IMG/VR virus record: IMGVR_UViG_3300037295_000263
Span: 152,705-216,704 of that record
Direction: 5' to 3' (one strand)
DNA length: 64,000 bases
DNA from: a virus
Taxonomy: Duplodnaviria; Caudoviricetes
The notes under the pieces are model-generated. The model was not told where the DNA came from and made no database searches. It saw nothing but the letters and a program-made list of their open reading frames with translations. The position numbers were made by a program, and so were the translations under genes. This document shows positions 19,911 through 28,000 of the stretch, one piece after another. Every line of letters begins with the position of its first letter. Position 1 is the first letter of the stretch.

Positions 19911-21043
19911 TAGGAATTATCATGTCATTAGACGCTCTTCAGATTCACTGGGACAATCAAACACTAAATTATGATTTGGAAAAATATAACTGGCCGGCAT
20001 GGGCACTATCGGTAATACAAGAAGTTGCACCGCAAGTAACAGAATTAGAAACATTGCATAATGTATTGACCCCTGTTGAAATTGTAAAAGTTAGTCAACA
20101 TGTACAGAATGCCTGTAGTAGACTTGACTTTATGAAAAAGTTTGATGACTTTGTGCAAGGATTCGTTCCTGAAAGAATACAAAATAAAAGATATTTAATT
20201 CAGCGTCAAGGAACATTAAGAGTTGTTATTCCTAATCAGTCTAGCGTTGGCAGACGATTAGCGTTTCATCAAGGCATTTTCGTCGGTAATGGGCGAGGCT
20301 GCAGAACTATATGGACTCCATTTACTCAAGCTAAAGGCACCAACACTATGTGGATGATGGACCTTGATATTTCAAGAGAAATATCCAAGCGTGTGCTATC
20401 AGAAAAATGGAGTTTAGAAAAGTTCGAAGATGAATGTTTAAAATATGCATGGCCAGTTACGCTACAGCCAGGGCAAAGTCATTTATTTTTTCAAGAACAT
20501 ATTCACGGCAATGTAGATAATAAAGAAAATTATACCCGAGTTAGTATGGATATGCGTATACTAATCGAAGGCGAAGAGTGGGGTAGAAGACTTCCTGGGG
20601 GATTTATGAGATTACCGGGAGATTATCAAGTTACAGAACAGTTAGACTACACCGGTAAAAAGTTTATTACATACGCAGGTTGGAATAGTCAGTTCAGTAA
20701 AGGAATCCCGCTGCCAATGCAACGTGCGATAATCGAACCTTATTGCCAGTCTAATAAAATTAATTATTCATCTTACGAGTTTGAAAATGAACACATGGAT
20801 TGGCAGCCTGGACTGGAACATTATATTAAAGAAAAACCTGACGGAATAGTATTGTGCAGCATGTACAGCTTAACTGACGACGCTGAAAGATGCTTAGAGT
20901 TGTTAAATCTCGCACTAGACAGTGGCGTTGAGCTACATTTTGCAAATGAGCTGTGTTCATTAAGAACAAAAGACGATTTAGAAAGAATTGTAACTTATAT
21001 AAACTTTGCGGTACCTAAAAAAGGTCCGCAAGTTTGGGAATAG
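19874..21043 (+). CDS. StrG/PhyH-like 2OG-Fe(II) oxygenase fused to a C-terminal domain (likely start MSLDA at 19921)
   Basis: LRVVIP..LAFHQG..TIWTPFT..IHGNVDN..TRVSMDMRI; separate C-terminal alpha/beta domain. Confidence 0.65.
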   Translation: MSSEYNSKYWYLIGIIMSLDALQIHWDNQTLNYDLEKYNWPAWALSVIQEVAPQVTELETLHNVLTPVEIVKVSQHVQNACSRLDFMKKFDDFVQGFVPERIQNKRYLIQRQGTLRVVIPNQSSVGRRLAFHQGIFVGNGRGCRTIWTPFTQAKGTNTMWMMDLDISREISKRVLSEKWSLEKFEDECLKYAWPVTLQPGQSHLFFQEHIHGNVDNKENYTRVSMDMRILIEGEEWGRRLPGGFMRLPGDYQVTEQLDYTGKKFITYAGWNSQFSKGIPLPMQRAIIEPYCQSNKINYSSYEFENEHMDWQPGLEHYIKEKPDGIVLCSMYSLTDDAERCLELLNLALDSGVELHFANELCSLRTKDDLERIVTYINFAVPKKGPQVWE

Positions 21044-21047
21044 TTAT

Positions 21048-22319
21048 TTAAGGATTGATTGCGTACAACGGCATTGCGTATAGAGTTGATCCTACTTTTA
21101 TTTTTACAAAAGCTGTAGGACCGCTGTTATTTACTTGTCCACTACCAGAACCAGCAACTACTAAATTTCGGTCATTAAGACTTATAATTTGATCTGATCC
21201 AATTATAAGACCTGTTCGCATAACGCCTGTTGGGTCGTTAGTGTTTATTTCGAATCTTCCAGGAGTTGTACTAGTTTGATTGTTGCCGTCTACTGCAACT
21301 TGTATATCCGCAAGCATTGAAAAATTACTGCTGTTATCATATCCGCCCCATACAAAATTAAATACCCGCTGATTTGCTACTAACGGTCCAGGATTTTCAA
21401 CAGTGTTAGATCCGGTAACAAATAATGATGAGTTAGCAATAGGAGTATTATTGGCGCTTTCTATGCTGAAAATATCATAGTCAACGTTAGGACTATTATT
21501 AACAATCTTTATTCCAGCACCGTTGCCCAAAGTGGACAATACTAAGCTGGTCGATTTAATAGTATTGTTATCGACGTCGGCAAAGACGATTCCCGATACT
21601 GCATCGACTAGAATAGTACTGGTTTGATCTAACACAGATCCAGTTAAGTCTCCGTATATTCCCCCTAGTGCAGTAATACTACTTTCACCAGAGTCTACTA
21701 TTCTATCTCCTGAGAAATCTAAAACATTTATATCGTAGCTTCCTCCAGGAATTACTCCACTTCCAGAATTAATAATTTCTCCACCGACTGTTGACCCAGT
21801 AGGCAAATTAATAGTAGAACCTGATGAATTAATTAATGCTGCATTAAGGTATATATTGTTACCTCGTAAATATAAATCTTTAAACCGATTGGTATTGTCG
21901 CCTAGATCGTAAGATGCATCCGAAAAAGGCACTATATTTGTACGAACGGTACCGTTTAATTGAAATGATTTTAATGTAGCATCGACTAGCAGATCATTGT
22001 CGTAGGCAAACAGTGATCCTTTAAATCCTCCGGTTGCTGAAATAGATCCTGAAAAATCTGTTAAATCTACCGAAGCACTAATAGTTTTCCCTACTTCATC
22101 ATACACAAAATCGATATTTGAATGAGTTCCTGTCTCGAACATCGAACCGCTAATATCCTTAACTGCGTCGTCGGATATGGAACCGGTAGTAATACCGCCG
22201 GGTGTTGAGTTATCTCCTATGTATAATAGGTTTTCTTCAGAATCGTATACTAGTTCTCCTGCAAGAGGAGTAATAGTTAGTCGTTCTGTAGTCGATCCTC
22301 GTCTGATTTGTAATGGCAT
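21048..22319 (-). CDS. Virion structural / tail-fibre-like protein
   Basis: MPLQIRRG...LAGELVYD...LYIGD N-terminus typical of phage fibres; Gly/Ser/Thr/Asn-rich; YDLG..TNRFKDLYL; upstream TAAATA. Confidence 0.7.
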   Translation of the reverse strand: MPLQIRRGSTTERLTITPLAGELVYDSEENLLYIGDNSTPGGITTGSISDDAVKDISGSMFETGTHSNIDFVYDEVGKTISASVDLTDFSGSISATGGFKGSLFAYDNDLLVDATLKSFQLNGTVRTNIVPFSDASYDLGDNTNRFKDLYLRGNNIYLNAALINSSGSTINLPTGSTVGGEIINSGSGVIPGGSYDINVLDFSGDRIVDSGESSITALGGIYGDLTGSVLDQTSTILVDAVSGIVFADVDNNTIKSTSLVLSTLGNGAGIKIVNNSPNVDYDIFSIESANNTPIANSSLFVTGSNTVENPGPLVANQRVFNFVWGGYDNSSNFSMLADIQVAVDGNNQTSTTPGRFEINTNDPTGVMRTGLIIGSDQIISLNDRNLVVAGSGSGQVNNSGPTAFVKIKVGSTLYAMPLYAINP

Positions 22320-22387
22320 ATATAAACTCCAGGAATTATAATAATATTATTTATGCCATTATTGACCAAAAATCTAAATAAAGATGA

Positions 22388-22999
22388 TTAATCGGCACAG
22401 TTGTTTAAATTTTTTGTGTTTTTAAACCCTGCAACGCCGCCTTGATCGATGATTTTTTGTACTACTTCCTCTAAGAGAATAGGAGCAAACCCAATATGTT
22501 CTACACATGCACACCAATATCTGGGATCAATTTCTGTCGAATACTGTATTTCTCCAGTAAGTGCGTCTATACCGGATGGCTTGCATACGCGATTAGAGTG
22601 AAGATGGCCATGTATGTTACAGCCGAATCTTCCAAGACTATCTTCGTGTACCGGAATATGACTTAAAATCATACCGTTTATAACATGGTATGCACGAAGT
22701 TCTCTAAAATATTTTCTGTAGTCAGTATCTTGAAAAATATCATGGTTTCCGCGAATTAGTACTTTGTCACCATTAAGTCTAGCTATAGTAGGCAAAGCTT
22801 TGCGGTTAATCACTACATCACCTAAGTGATAAACTTTATCGGAAGGTTTGACTCTCTGATTCCACAATTCTACCATGGCTTCATCCATCTCGTCAGCATT
22901 ATCCCAGGGACGGAGTTTAGTTATACCGTCATTCCTTGTAAATTGGCAAACGCCTGTATGTCCAAAGTGTGTATCGCTAACTAACCATACTGATGGCAT
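22388..22999 (-). CDS. Calcineurin-like metallophosphoesterase
   Basis: SDTHFGH, HLGDV, RGNHD, HGHLH. Confidence 0.9.
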   Translation of the reverse strand: MPSVWLVSDTHFGHTGVCQFTRNDGITKLRPWDNADEMDEAMVELWNQRVKPSDKVYHLGDVVINRKALPTIARLNGDKVLIRGNHDIFQDTDYRKYFRELRAYHVINGMILSHIPVHEDSLGRFGCNIHGHLHSNRVCKPSGIDALTGEIQYSTEIDPRYWCACVEHIGFAPILLEEVVQKIIDQGGVAGFKNTKNLNNCAD

Positions 23000-23066
23000 T
23001 TTTTCTCCGTAATTTTATTATATAAATTAATTATACACGAGTTTATGTAACTTGTAAAATACAGAG

Positions 23067-23264
23067 TCAATTGTATTTTAATAAAAAGAATGTTTCATCA
23101 TTAGCAGATTCGAATTTTAATTTCATCGTAAATGTGAGAGTTTTGCTATTAAAGTGATGTACTACTGTGTAATTTCCAGGAAAATTCTCTTGCATCGCGT
23201 TATGCGCTTTGCTTTCTAAACTTTCCGGAGTGGGCGTGTTACTGTCAAAGATTATCATGTTCAT
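23067..23264 (-). CDS. Small hypothetical protein (C-terminal FxL(K/R)W-type family)
   Basis: Ends NDETFFLLKYN; follows an early promoter pattern. Confidence 0.6.
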   Translation of the reverse strand: MNMIIFDSNTPTPESLESKAHNAMQENFPGNYTVVHHFNSKTLTFTMKLKFESANDETFFLLKYN

Positions 23265-23316
23265 TCCGTCTAAATATTATTGCCAACCTTTTGTTGGATT
23301 TGCTCTTAGAAACATC

Positions 23317-23517
23317 TTAACTCCACTTTAATAAAAATATAATACTGTGATTAGCGTCTTTAAAATAATAGTCTATCTTGTCAGAATGATATATTACAGA
23401 CCACTCTTTACCTCTATACCCTACTTTCTGAGTTAGCCACAATTCTCTGCTGTTATCGTTTACGGTATCTATCCTAGCTTTACCCGGCCACAGAGTGCGA
23501 TTTAGTTCTCGAGTCAT
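23317..23517 (-). CDS. Small hypothetical protein (FxL(K/R)W family)
   Basis: Ends YYFKDANHSIIFLLKWS. Confidence 0.65.
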   Translation of the reverse strand: MTRELNRTLWPGKARIDTVNDNSRELWLTQKVGYRGKEWSVIYHSDKIDYYFKDANHSIIFLLKWS

Positions 23518-23554
23518 TATGTTTACTTTAATAAAAATAGCACTTACGTGACAA

Positions 23555-23776
23555 TTACCAGTTTTCTGAGCCTGAAACTTCTACTTCAAAGTTCCCAATA
23601 ATCCCGTTGACTTCTGTTTGAAGTCGCATAATAACTGTTGATCCGATGCCGCTACTTGAATCTTGTATTAATTCTACTGAGGTACTTTCTGGAAATTGTT
23701 TTAATACTTTCATAATTTTTTCTATTTCATGTATATTTAATTTCACTTTATTCACCTGTTTGTTGTCTGCGTTCAC
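23555..23776 (-). CDS. Hypothetical protein
   Basis: 73-aa ORF in co-oriented gene run. Confidence 0.6.
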   Translation of the reverse strand: MNADNKQVNKVKLNIHEIEKIMKVLKQFPESTSVELIQDSSSGIGSTVIMRLQTEVNGIIGNFEVEVSGSENW

Positions 23777-24317
23777 GTCTGGCTGCTGCTAAAGCAAATA
23801 CTTTTTCATTGTTAGTTTCCCACTCTATTTGTTGAGCTGGTACAGTAACGCCACTAGCAGTTTCATACCCATTAAATGAATGTTGTTCTTGTTCATCATA
23901 CAACCATCCTAGTTCCTTCATCATCAGGTGTTTGACCATTAAATTGGGACTGCGAAATATGCCTGTGTCCTCAAAGCCCAACATAACTCCAACTTCGCAT
24001 ACAGCACCTGATCTACAAATACCTGCATGGCAATGGACAATGACGTTTTTACCATCACGTAGTGCATATTGTAAAACGGTGACTAAATTTTTAGCATCCT
24101 TTTCTTTGACTTTATCAGATTCCGGATTAGGATCTTTAACTTCAGCATCTAGGAATTTGAATTGATAAATTTGCTCAAATTGATGCGTGGGTATTGGGAA
24201 TTCAGTATCGGGATCAACAATTTGAATTAGTATTGAATTGACACCTGGATCAACGTGAGTTCCATTCTTTACTGCTGACAACGAAACGTTTTGTATAAAT
24301 GGCATATTATTCCTCAA
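23748..24317 (-). CDS. Dual-specificity/protein-tyrosine phosphatase-like protein (likely start MPFIQ at 24305)
   Basis: VHCHAGICRS (HCX5R) active-site loop. Confidence 0.85.
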   Translation of the reverse strand: MRNNMPFIQNVSLSAVKNGTHVDPGVNSILIQIVDPDTEFPIPTHQFEQIYQFKFLDAEVKDPNPESDKVKEKDAKNLVTVLQYALRDGKNVIVHCHAGICRSGAVCEVGVMLGFEDTGIFRSPNLMVKHLMMKELGWLYDEQEQHSFNGYETASGVTVPAQQIEWETNNEKVFALAAARRERRQQTGE

Positions 24318-24535
24318 TAATCACTTTCGTATTCTTCTGTGTAGCCTTCGCTCATGTCAATAATGTTACTGAGGTTATTAGCGCCACGACGAATGTAACT
24401 GTTGCCGCCATCTGTGAATATCTCTCCACATTTACAATGTACCATATCATGGCGATAGGTACTAGTAATAATGTCTTCACATAATTTACATTGGCAGCGA
24501 TTAAGTGTTACAACTACTCTAGTTCTTGTAGGCAT
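24314..24535 (-). CDS. Small Zn-ribbon phage protein
   Basis: CKLC...CKCG..FTDGG..YIRRG. Confidence 0.7.
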   Translation of the reverse strand: MPTRTRVVVTLNRCQCKLCEDIITSTYRHDMVHCKCGEIFTDGGNSYIRRGANNLSNIIDMSEGYTEEYESDY

Positions 24536-24792
24536 TAGTTTTCCTTTTTTAACAAATACATGGTTACCATAGCAGGATCTGCTTTAACTAAATCTTTTGC
24601 ATATTTATTGACATTGCTATTACCCCATTTTCTCTTACTATCGAGACTATTGATGGTCACCATCTTAGCTGTAAATTTAACTATTGTGCCTACATCGAGT
24701 CCTTTATTAAAACCAACAAATAGTACACAATCTTCAACTGCTAACAGTGTTCCAAATTTGTCATATTTCGAAGAAGGCAGTTTTTTAGCCAT
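24535..24792 (-). CDS. Hypothetical protein (SH3/KOW-like)
   Basis: DKFGTLLAVEDCVLF..GTIVKFTAKMVTI. Confidence 0.6.
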   Translation of the reverse strand: MAKKLPSSKYDKFGTLLAVEDCVLFVGFNKGLDVGTIVKFTAKMVTINSLDSKRKWGNSNVNKYAKDLVKADPAMVTMYLLKKEN

Positions 24793-24987
24793 TTATAAAA
24801 AGTCTTTTAAATTTGCCAGTTGCTGCTGACTTAAAATTATTTCAAATTGTGTTTGTGCAGATCCGTCACGTCTTGCGTGGTCCCACACCGTTGTAAATTT
24901 TAATAATTTATATCCCGGCGGATGCGCGGCTGGACTCACTTCGACAATATGTTTAAAGCCATCGTTATTATTTAATACCATTTCCAT
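24793..24987 (-). CDS. Hypothetical protein
   Basis: 64-aa ORF with AGGA RBS. Confidence 0.6.
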   Translation of the reverse strand: MEMVLNNNDGFKHIVEVSPAAHPPGYKLLKFTTVWDHARRDGSAQTQFEIILSQQQLANLKDFL

Positions 24988-24999
24988 GTTTGTTCCTAA

Positions 25000-25584
25000 T
25001 TATAGTATATTTTCTTGAGTTAATATAGATACAACTTCTTCACTTAGCGGAATCTCTGTTTTAACATTTAAATTTAATACTTCGTCGTTTAATTTTTGTT
25101 TTTGTTTTTTAAGATTTAGTATTTCAATTCTTGCTTGATCAATTTGACTTTGAGAAAGCACTCCTGTGATAATTCCTTCAGAATGTCCAAATATTGTTCG
25201 ACTTGTTTCTTTATAATTTTTCAATTTTTCAATTTGACCATGTATCATTTCAATAGGTTTCATCGGTGTAGCACCAGATAACGAATTTAGTTGAGAGATA
25301 CGCTTCTCCAAAAAAGCTGCCTTTGTTAATGCAATATCGATACCAGAGCTAGAGTTAGCAGTACCAACTAGCCCACGGATGTTATATACTGCTAATAGCA
25401 ATTTTTGTCTGCGCATATCTTTAGTAAAAACTAAATCATTAGCCGATTGCAGAGTTGAAGTAACATTTTCAAATTCACTAATATCAACAACTAAATTTAA
25501 TTCAATTTTTTCTAATAGTTCTACTATATTGTGCTGCAATGCATTTGCTTGCCTCAAAGATATATTCATTATCGAATTCTCCAA
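25000..25584 (-). CDS. Coiled-coil hypothetical protein
   Basis: 194-aa helical ORF. Confidence 0.65.
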   Translation of the reverse strand: MENSIMNISLRQANALQHNIVELLEKIELNLVVDISEFENVTSTLQSANDLVFTKDMRRQKLLLAVYNIRGLVGTANSSSGIDIALTKAAFLEKRISQLNSLSGATPMKPIEMIHGQIEKLKNYKETSRTIFGHSEGIITGVLSQSQIDQARIEILNLKKQKQKLNDEVLNLNVKTEIPLSEEVVSILTQENIL

Positions 25585-25802
25585 TTAGTGTTACGTGTGA
25601 CTTTGTCAGCTTTAAAGTTTTTTAAATAATCTTCCCAAGTGTACCTTCCTTCTTCGATATCTCGAATAGCAGATATTACAATTCCTTCTTTTCTTGGTAA
25701 GTCTTGTTTATCAAGCTGCCTTGCTCGTTGCACAGCAGCTAGTACTAATCTAAACTGACCGCCGACTTGCTTAGCAGCTTCTTGTGAAGTATAACGAGCC
25801 AT
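25569..25802 (-). CDS. rpoZ: RNA polymerase omega subunit homologue
   Basis: MARYTSQEAAKQVGGQFRLVLAAVQRARQL..AIRDIEEG matches the RpoZ pattern MARVT..D....V.NRF.LVL.AA.RARQL..AL.EI..G. Confidence 0.8.
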   Translation of the reverse strand: MARYTSQEAAKQVGGQFRLVLAAVQRARQLDKQDLPRKEGIVISAIRDIEEGRYTWEDYLKNFKADKVTRNTNWRIR

Positions 25803-25859
25803 TTAATTTCCTTAGGTTAACGAATTAGTAAAAGGTTGAGCGGTAAACTGTACAATATA

Positions 25860-26060
25860 CATGCAGCGTACTGCAAACAGCTGACATCTAACAACTTACA
25901 ATAAGGTATATTTCCGGTTAGCAAAATACAAAGTTTTAAACCGGATCATACTCAAGAAGGCAAATAAGCCAAGTTTCAAGAAAAATCTTGTTGTCTACTC
26001 TCTTTACCCTTTACTATTCGGACAGATATTACAGAATCTGTCAGTCTGATTAACTATAAT
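25860..26060 (-). ncRNA. Candidate structured leader/ncRNA upstream of rpoZ
   Basis: No ORF; helices 26021-26027/26036-26042, 25914-25919/25939-25944, 25862-25866/25871-25875; own promoter at 26068-26096. Confidence 0.4.
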
Positions 26061-26067
26061 ATAAACA

Positions 26068-26096
26068 ATTATACAAGTTTTTTAACATTAAGTCAA
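26068..26096 (-). promoter_or_regulatory. sigma70-type promoter
   Basis: TTGACT-17-TATAAT on minus strand. Confidence 0.75.
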
Positions 26097-26149
26097 CTGT
26101 TGTGTAATATTTTTTCATTATAGATATATACACGATAAGGAAATTTAAT

Positions 26150-27346
26150 ATGAAAATTGCAGTCACCGGTCTCGGTGTAGTATCGTGTCTTGGTAATTCG
26201 GTAGACGAATTATGGGATAATATTTGCCAAGGCAATACTGGCATACTGCCGTTTGAATTTGAGTCTGACGTTATTAAAACTAAAAAAGTTGGAAAGGTGA
26301 AAAATTTTATATTAAATCCAGAGTTCGATGCAAGATGGAAATCTAAAACTGACAAACATATACAATTTGCATTAAATGCTACTAAACAAGCAATTGATCA
26401 AAGTGGATTAAATTTCGAATCCGTTGATCCGGGCAGAGTGCATACTGTAATCGGAACAACTGCAGGCGGCTACGATTTTATTATCAATAACCAAAAAAGA
26501 ATCGATGCAGGAAAACCCTGCTTACCTAATTTTATTCCAGGACATATTAACAATATGATGAGTTCTTATATTAATATGCACTGGGGCATCGAAGGCAGCG
26601 GACTAGGAATCTCTGGAGCATGTGCTGCAGGAAGCCAGGCAATATCTGTTGCTGCCATGTTAATAGAAACTGGTCAAGCGGACGTTGTAGTATGCGGAGC
26701 CAGCGACAGTTGGCTATCCGAACTAACTATTAGCGGATTCGAAAGTTTAGGAGCACTTAGCTTTAATGAAGTTATGCCAAAACCGTTTGATCAATTTCGA
26801 GATGGATTTGCAATTAGTGAAGGGTCTGCCATTATAATTTTAGAAAGTATGGAACATGCGCAGTCCAGAAATGCAAATGTGTTAGCTGTGTTGTCTGGAT
26901 ATGGAATCAGTAACGATGCTTATCATCCTACTAGTCCTAATCCCGAAGGCCGGGCGTTTTTAAGAATGACTGACCAAGCAATGAATAGGGCAGGTATCTC
27001 ACACAACCAAGTTGATTATATAAATGCGCATGCTACTGCTACCAAAGTCGGAGATGCTGTAGAGTGTCAAAACTTATTTAAAATATTTAAAGATAATCCG
27101 TTTATAAGCAGCACTAAAAGTATGACAGGACATAGCATCGGAAGTACTAGTGCTATAGAAGCTGTTATATCTATTCTTTCAGTAAAAAACAATATTATTC
27201 CTGGAACTATTAATTTAACTAATATAGATCCACTCTGCCCAGGAAAACATGTTAAAGAAACTATTAGTCATTCTATAAATCATGCAGCTAGCACTAGCTT
27301 TGGTTTCGGAGGTACCAATGGAATTTTACTTTTTAGTAAAAATTAA
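26150..27346 (+). CDS. fabF: Beta-ketoacyl-ACP synthase II
   Basis: SGACAAG (Cys), DAYHPTSP, INAHATAT (His), KSMTGHSIG (His), SFGFGGTN. Confidence 0.93.
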   Translation: MKIAVTGLGVVSCLGNSVDELWDNICQGNTGILPFEFESDVIKTKKVGKVKNFILNPEFDARWKSKTDKHIQFALNATKQAIDQSGLNFESVDPGRVHTVIGTTAGGYDFIINNQKRIDAGKPCLPNFIPGHINNMMSSYINMHWGIEGSGLGISGACAAGSQAISVAAMLIETGQADVVVCGASDSWLSELTISGFESLGALSFNEVMPKPFDQFRDGFAISEGSAIIILESMEHAQSRNANVLAVLSGYGISNDAYHPTSPNPEGRAFLRMTDQAMNRAGISHNQVDYINAHATATKVGDAVECQNLFKIFKDNPFISSTKSMTGHSIGSTSAIEAVISILSVKNNIIPGTINLTNIDPLCPGKHVKETISHSINHAASTSFGFGGTNGILLFSKN

Positions 27347-27621
27347 TCTGCGTACTCTTGATAGGTATCAGTAGAATGATCCCAGTGTCTGCCATCGTAA
27401 AATTGAAAATGAAAGCAAAATCCCAACGCTCCGATCTCGAAATCCAATCCAGCATGACTTTGGCGTGTAGTAATATCTAGAGATAGAGATACAAGCCTGG
27501 AATCACGATATACTTCCAATTCAACGCATTTGTTTTTAAACGGAGTTGAAAAAGAAGTATGCCATAAATTACTGAACCTATCACTGTAGGGGTTTCTAAT
27601 ATTGAAACGAAACTGTATCAT
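27343..27621 (-). CDS. Hypothetical protein
   Basis: 92-aa ORF, ATGA overlap with upstream gene. Confidence 0.6.
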   Translation of the reverse strand: MIQFRFNIRNPYSDRFSNLWHTSFSTPFKNKCVELEVYRDSRLVSLSLDITTRQSHAGLDFEIGALGFCFHFQFYDGRHWDHSTDTYQEYAD

Positions 27622-27851
27622 TCAATAGTACCAAACGGTTCTGGAGCAGTGTACCTTGCTAACTCTCCACGCAGGTCGGCTACTTGTTCTTTTAATTCGC
27701 TAATCTGCTGTAACATTGCGTACAACACTAAGTATGTGTCTTTTGGATGTTGTTTAATCATTTGGTTAATTTCTTCTAACTCTGAATCGTAGTAATCGTT
27801 CATAATCTCTCCAAATTCTTCTACTTCTACTTCTAAATCATACCATTCCAT
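27618..27851 (-). CDS. Acidic coiled-coil hypothetical protein
   Basis: 77-aa ORF, AGGA RBS, upstream TTGACC-17-TACAAT. Confidence 0.6.
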   Translation of the reverse strand: MEWYDLEVEVEEFGEIMNDYYDSELEEINQMIKQHPKDTYLVLYAMLQQISELKEQVADLRGELARYTAPEPFGTIE

Positions 27852-27951
27852 AATATGTCCTTATTTTAACTTGTATTGTAACATGCACAGCAACATTGGT
27901 CAACTCCATTTTAACAAGAAGAATGTTCAGCCGCAGGGTGTGAAGTTAGTA

Positions 27952-27975
27952 ACGACACTGATATATCAGTGTCGT
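27952..27975. repeat. Perfect 24-bp palindrome
   Basis: ACGACACTGATA|TATCAGTGTCGT, no loop. Confidence 0.9.
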
Positions 27976-28000
27976 ACATGATATTCCTAGGAATTATTAA

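Noticed and set aside
27905-27980. 22-aa ORF MYDTDISVSLLTSHPAAEHSSC with AGGA RBS
   Set aside because: Very short, overlaps the 24-bp palindrome, and has no supporting motif.
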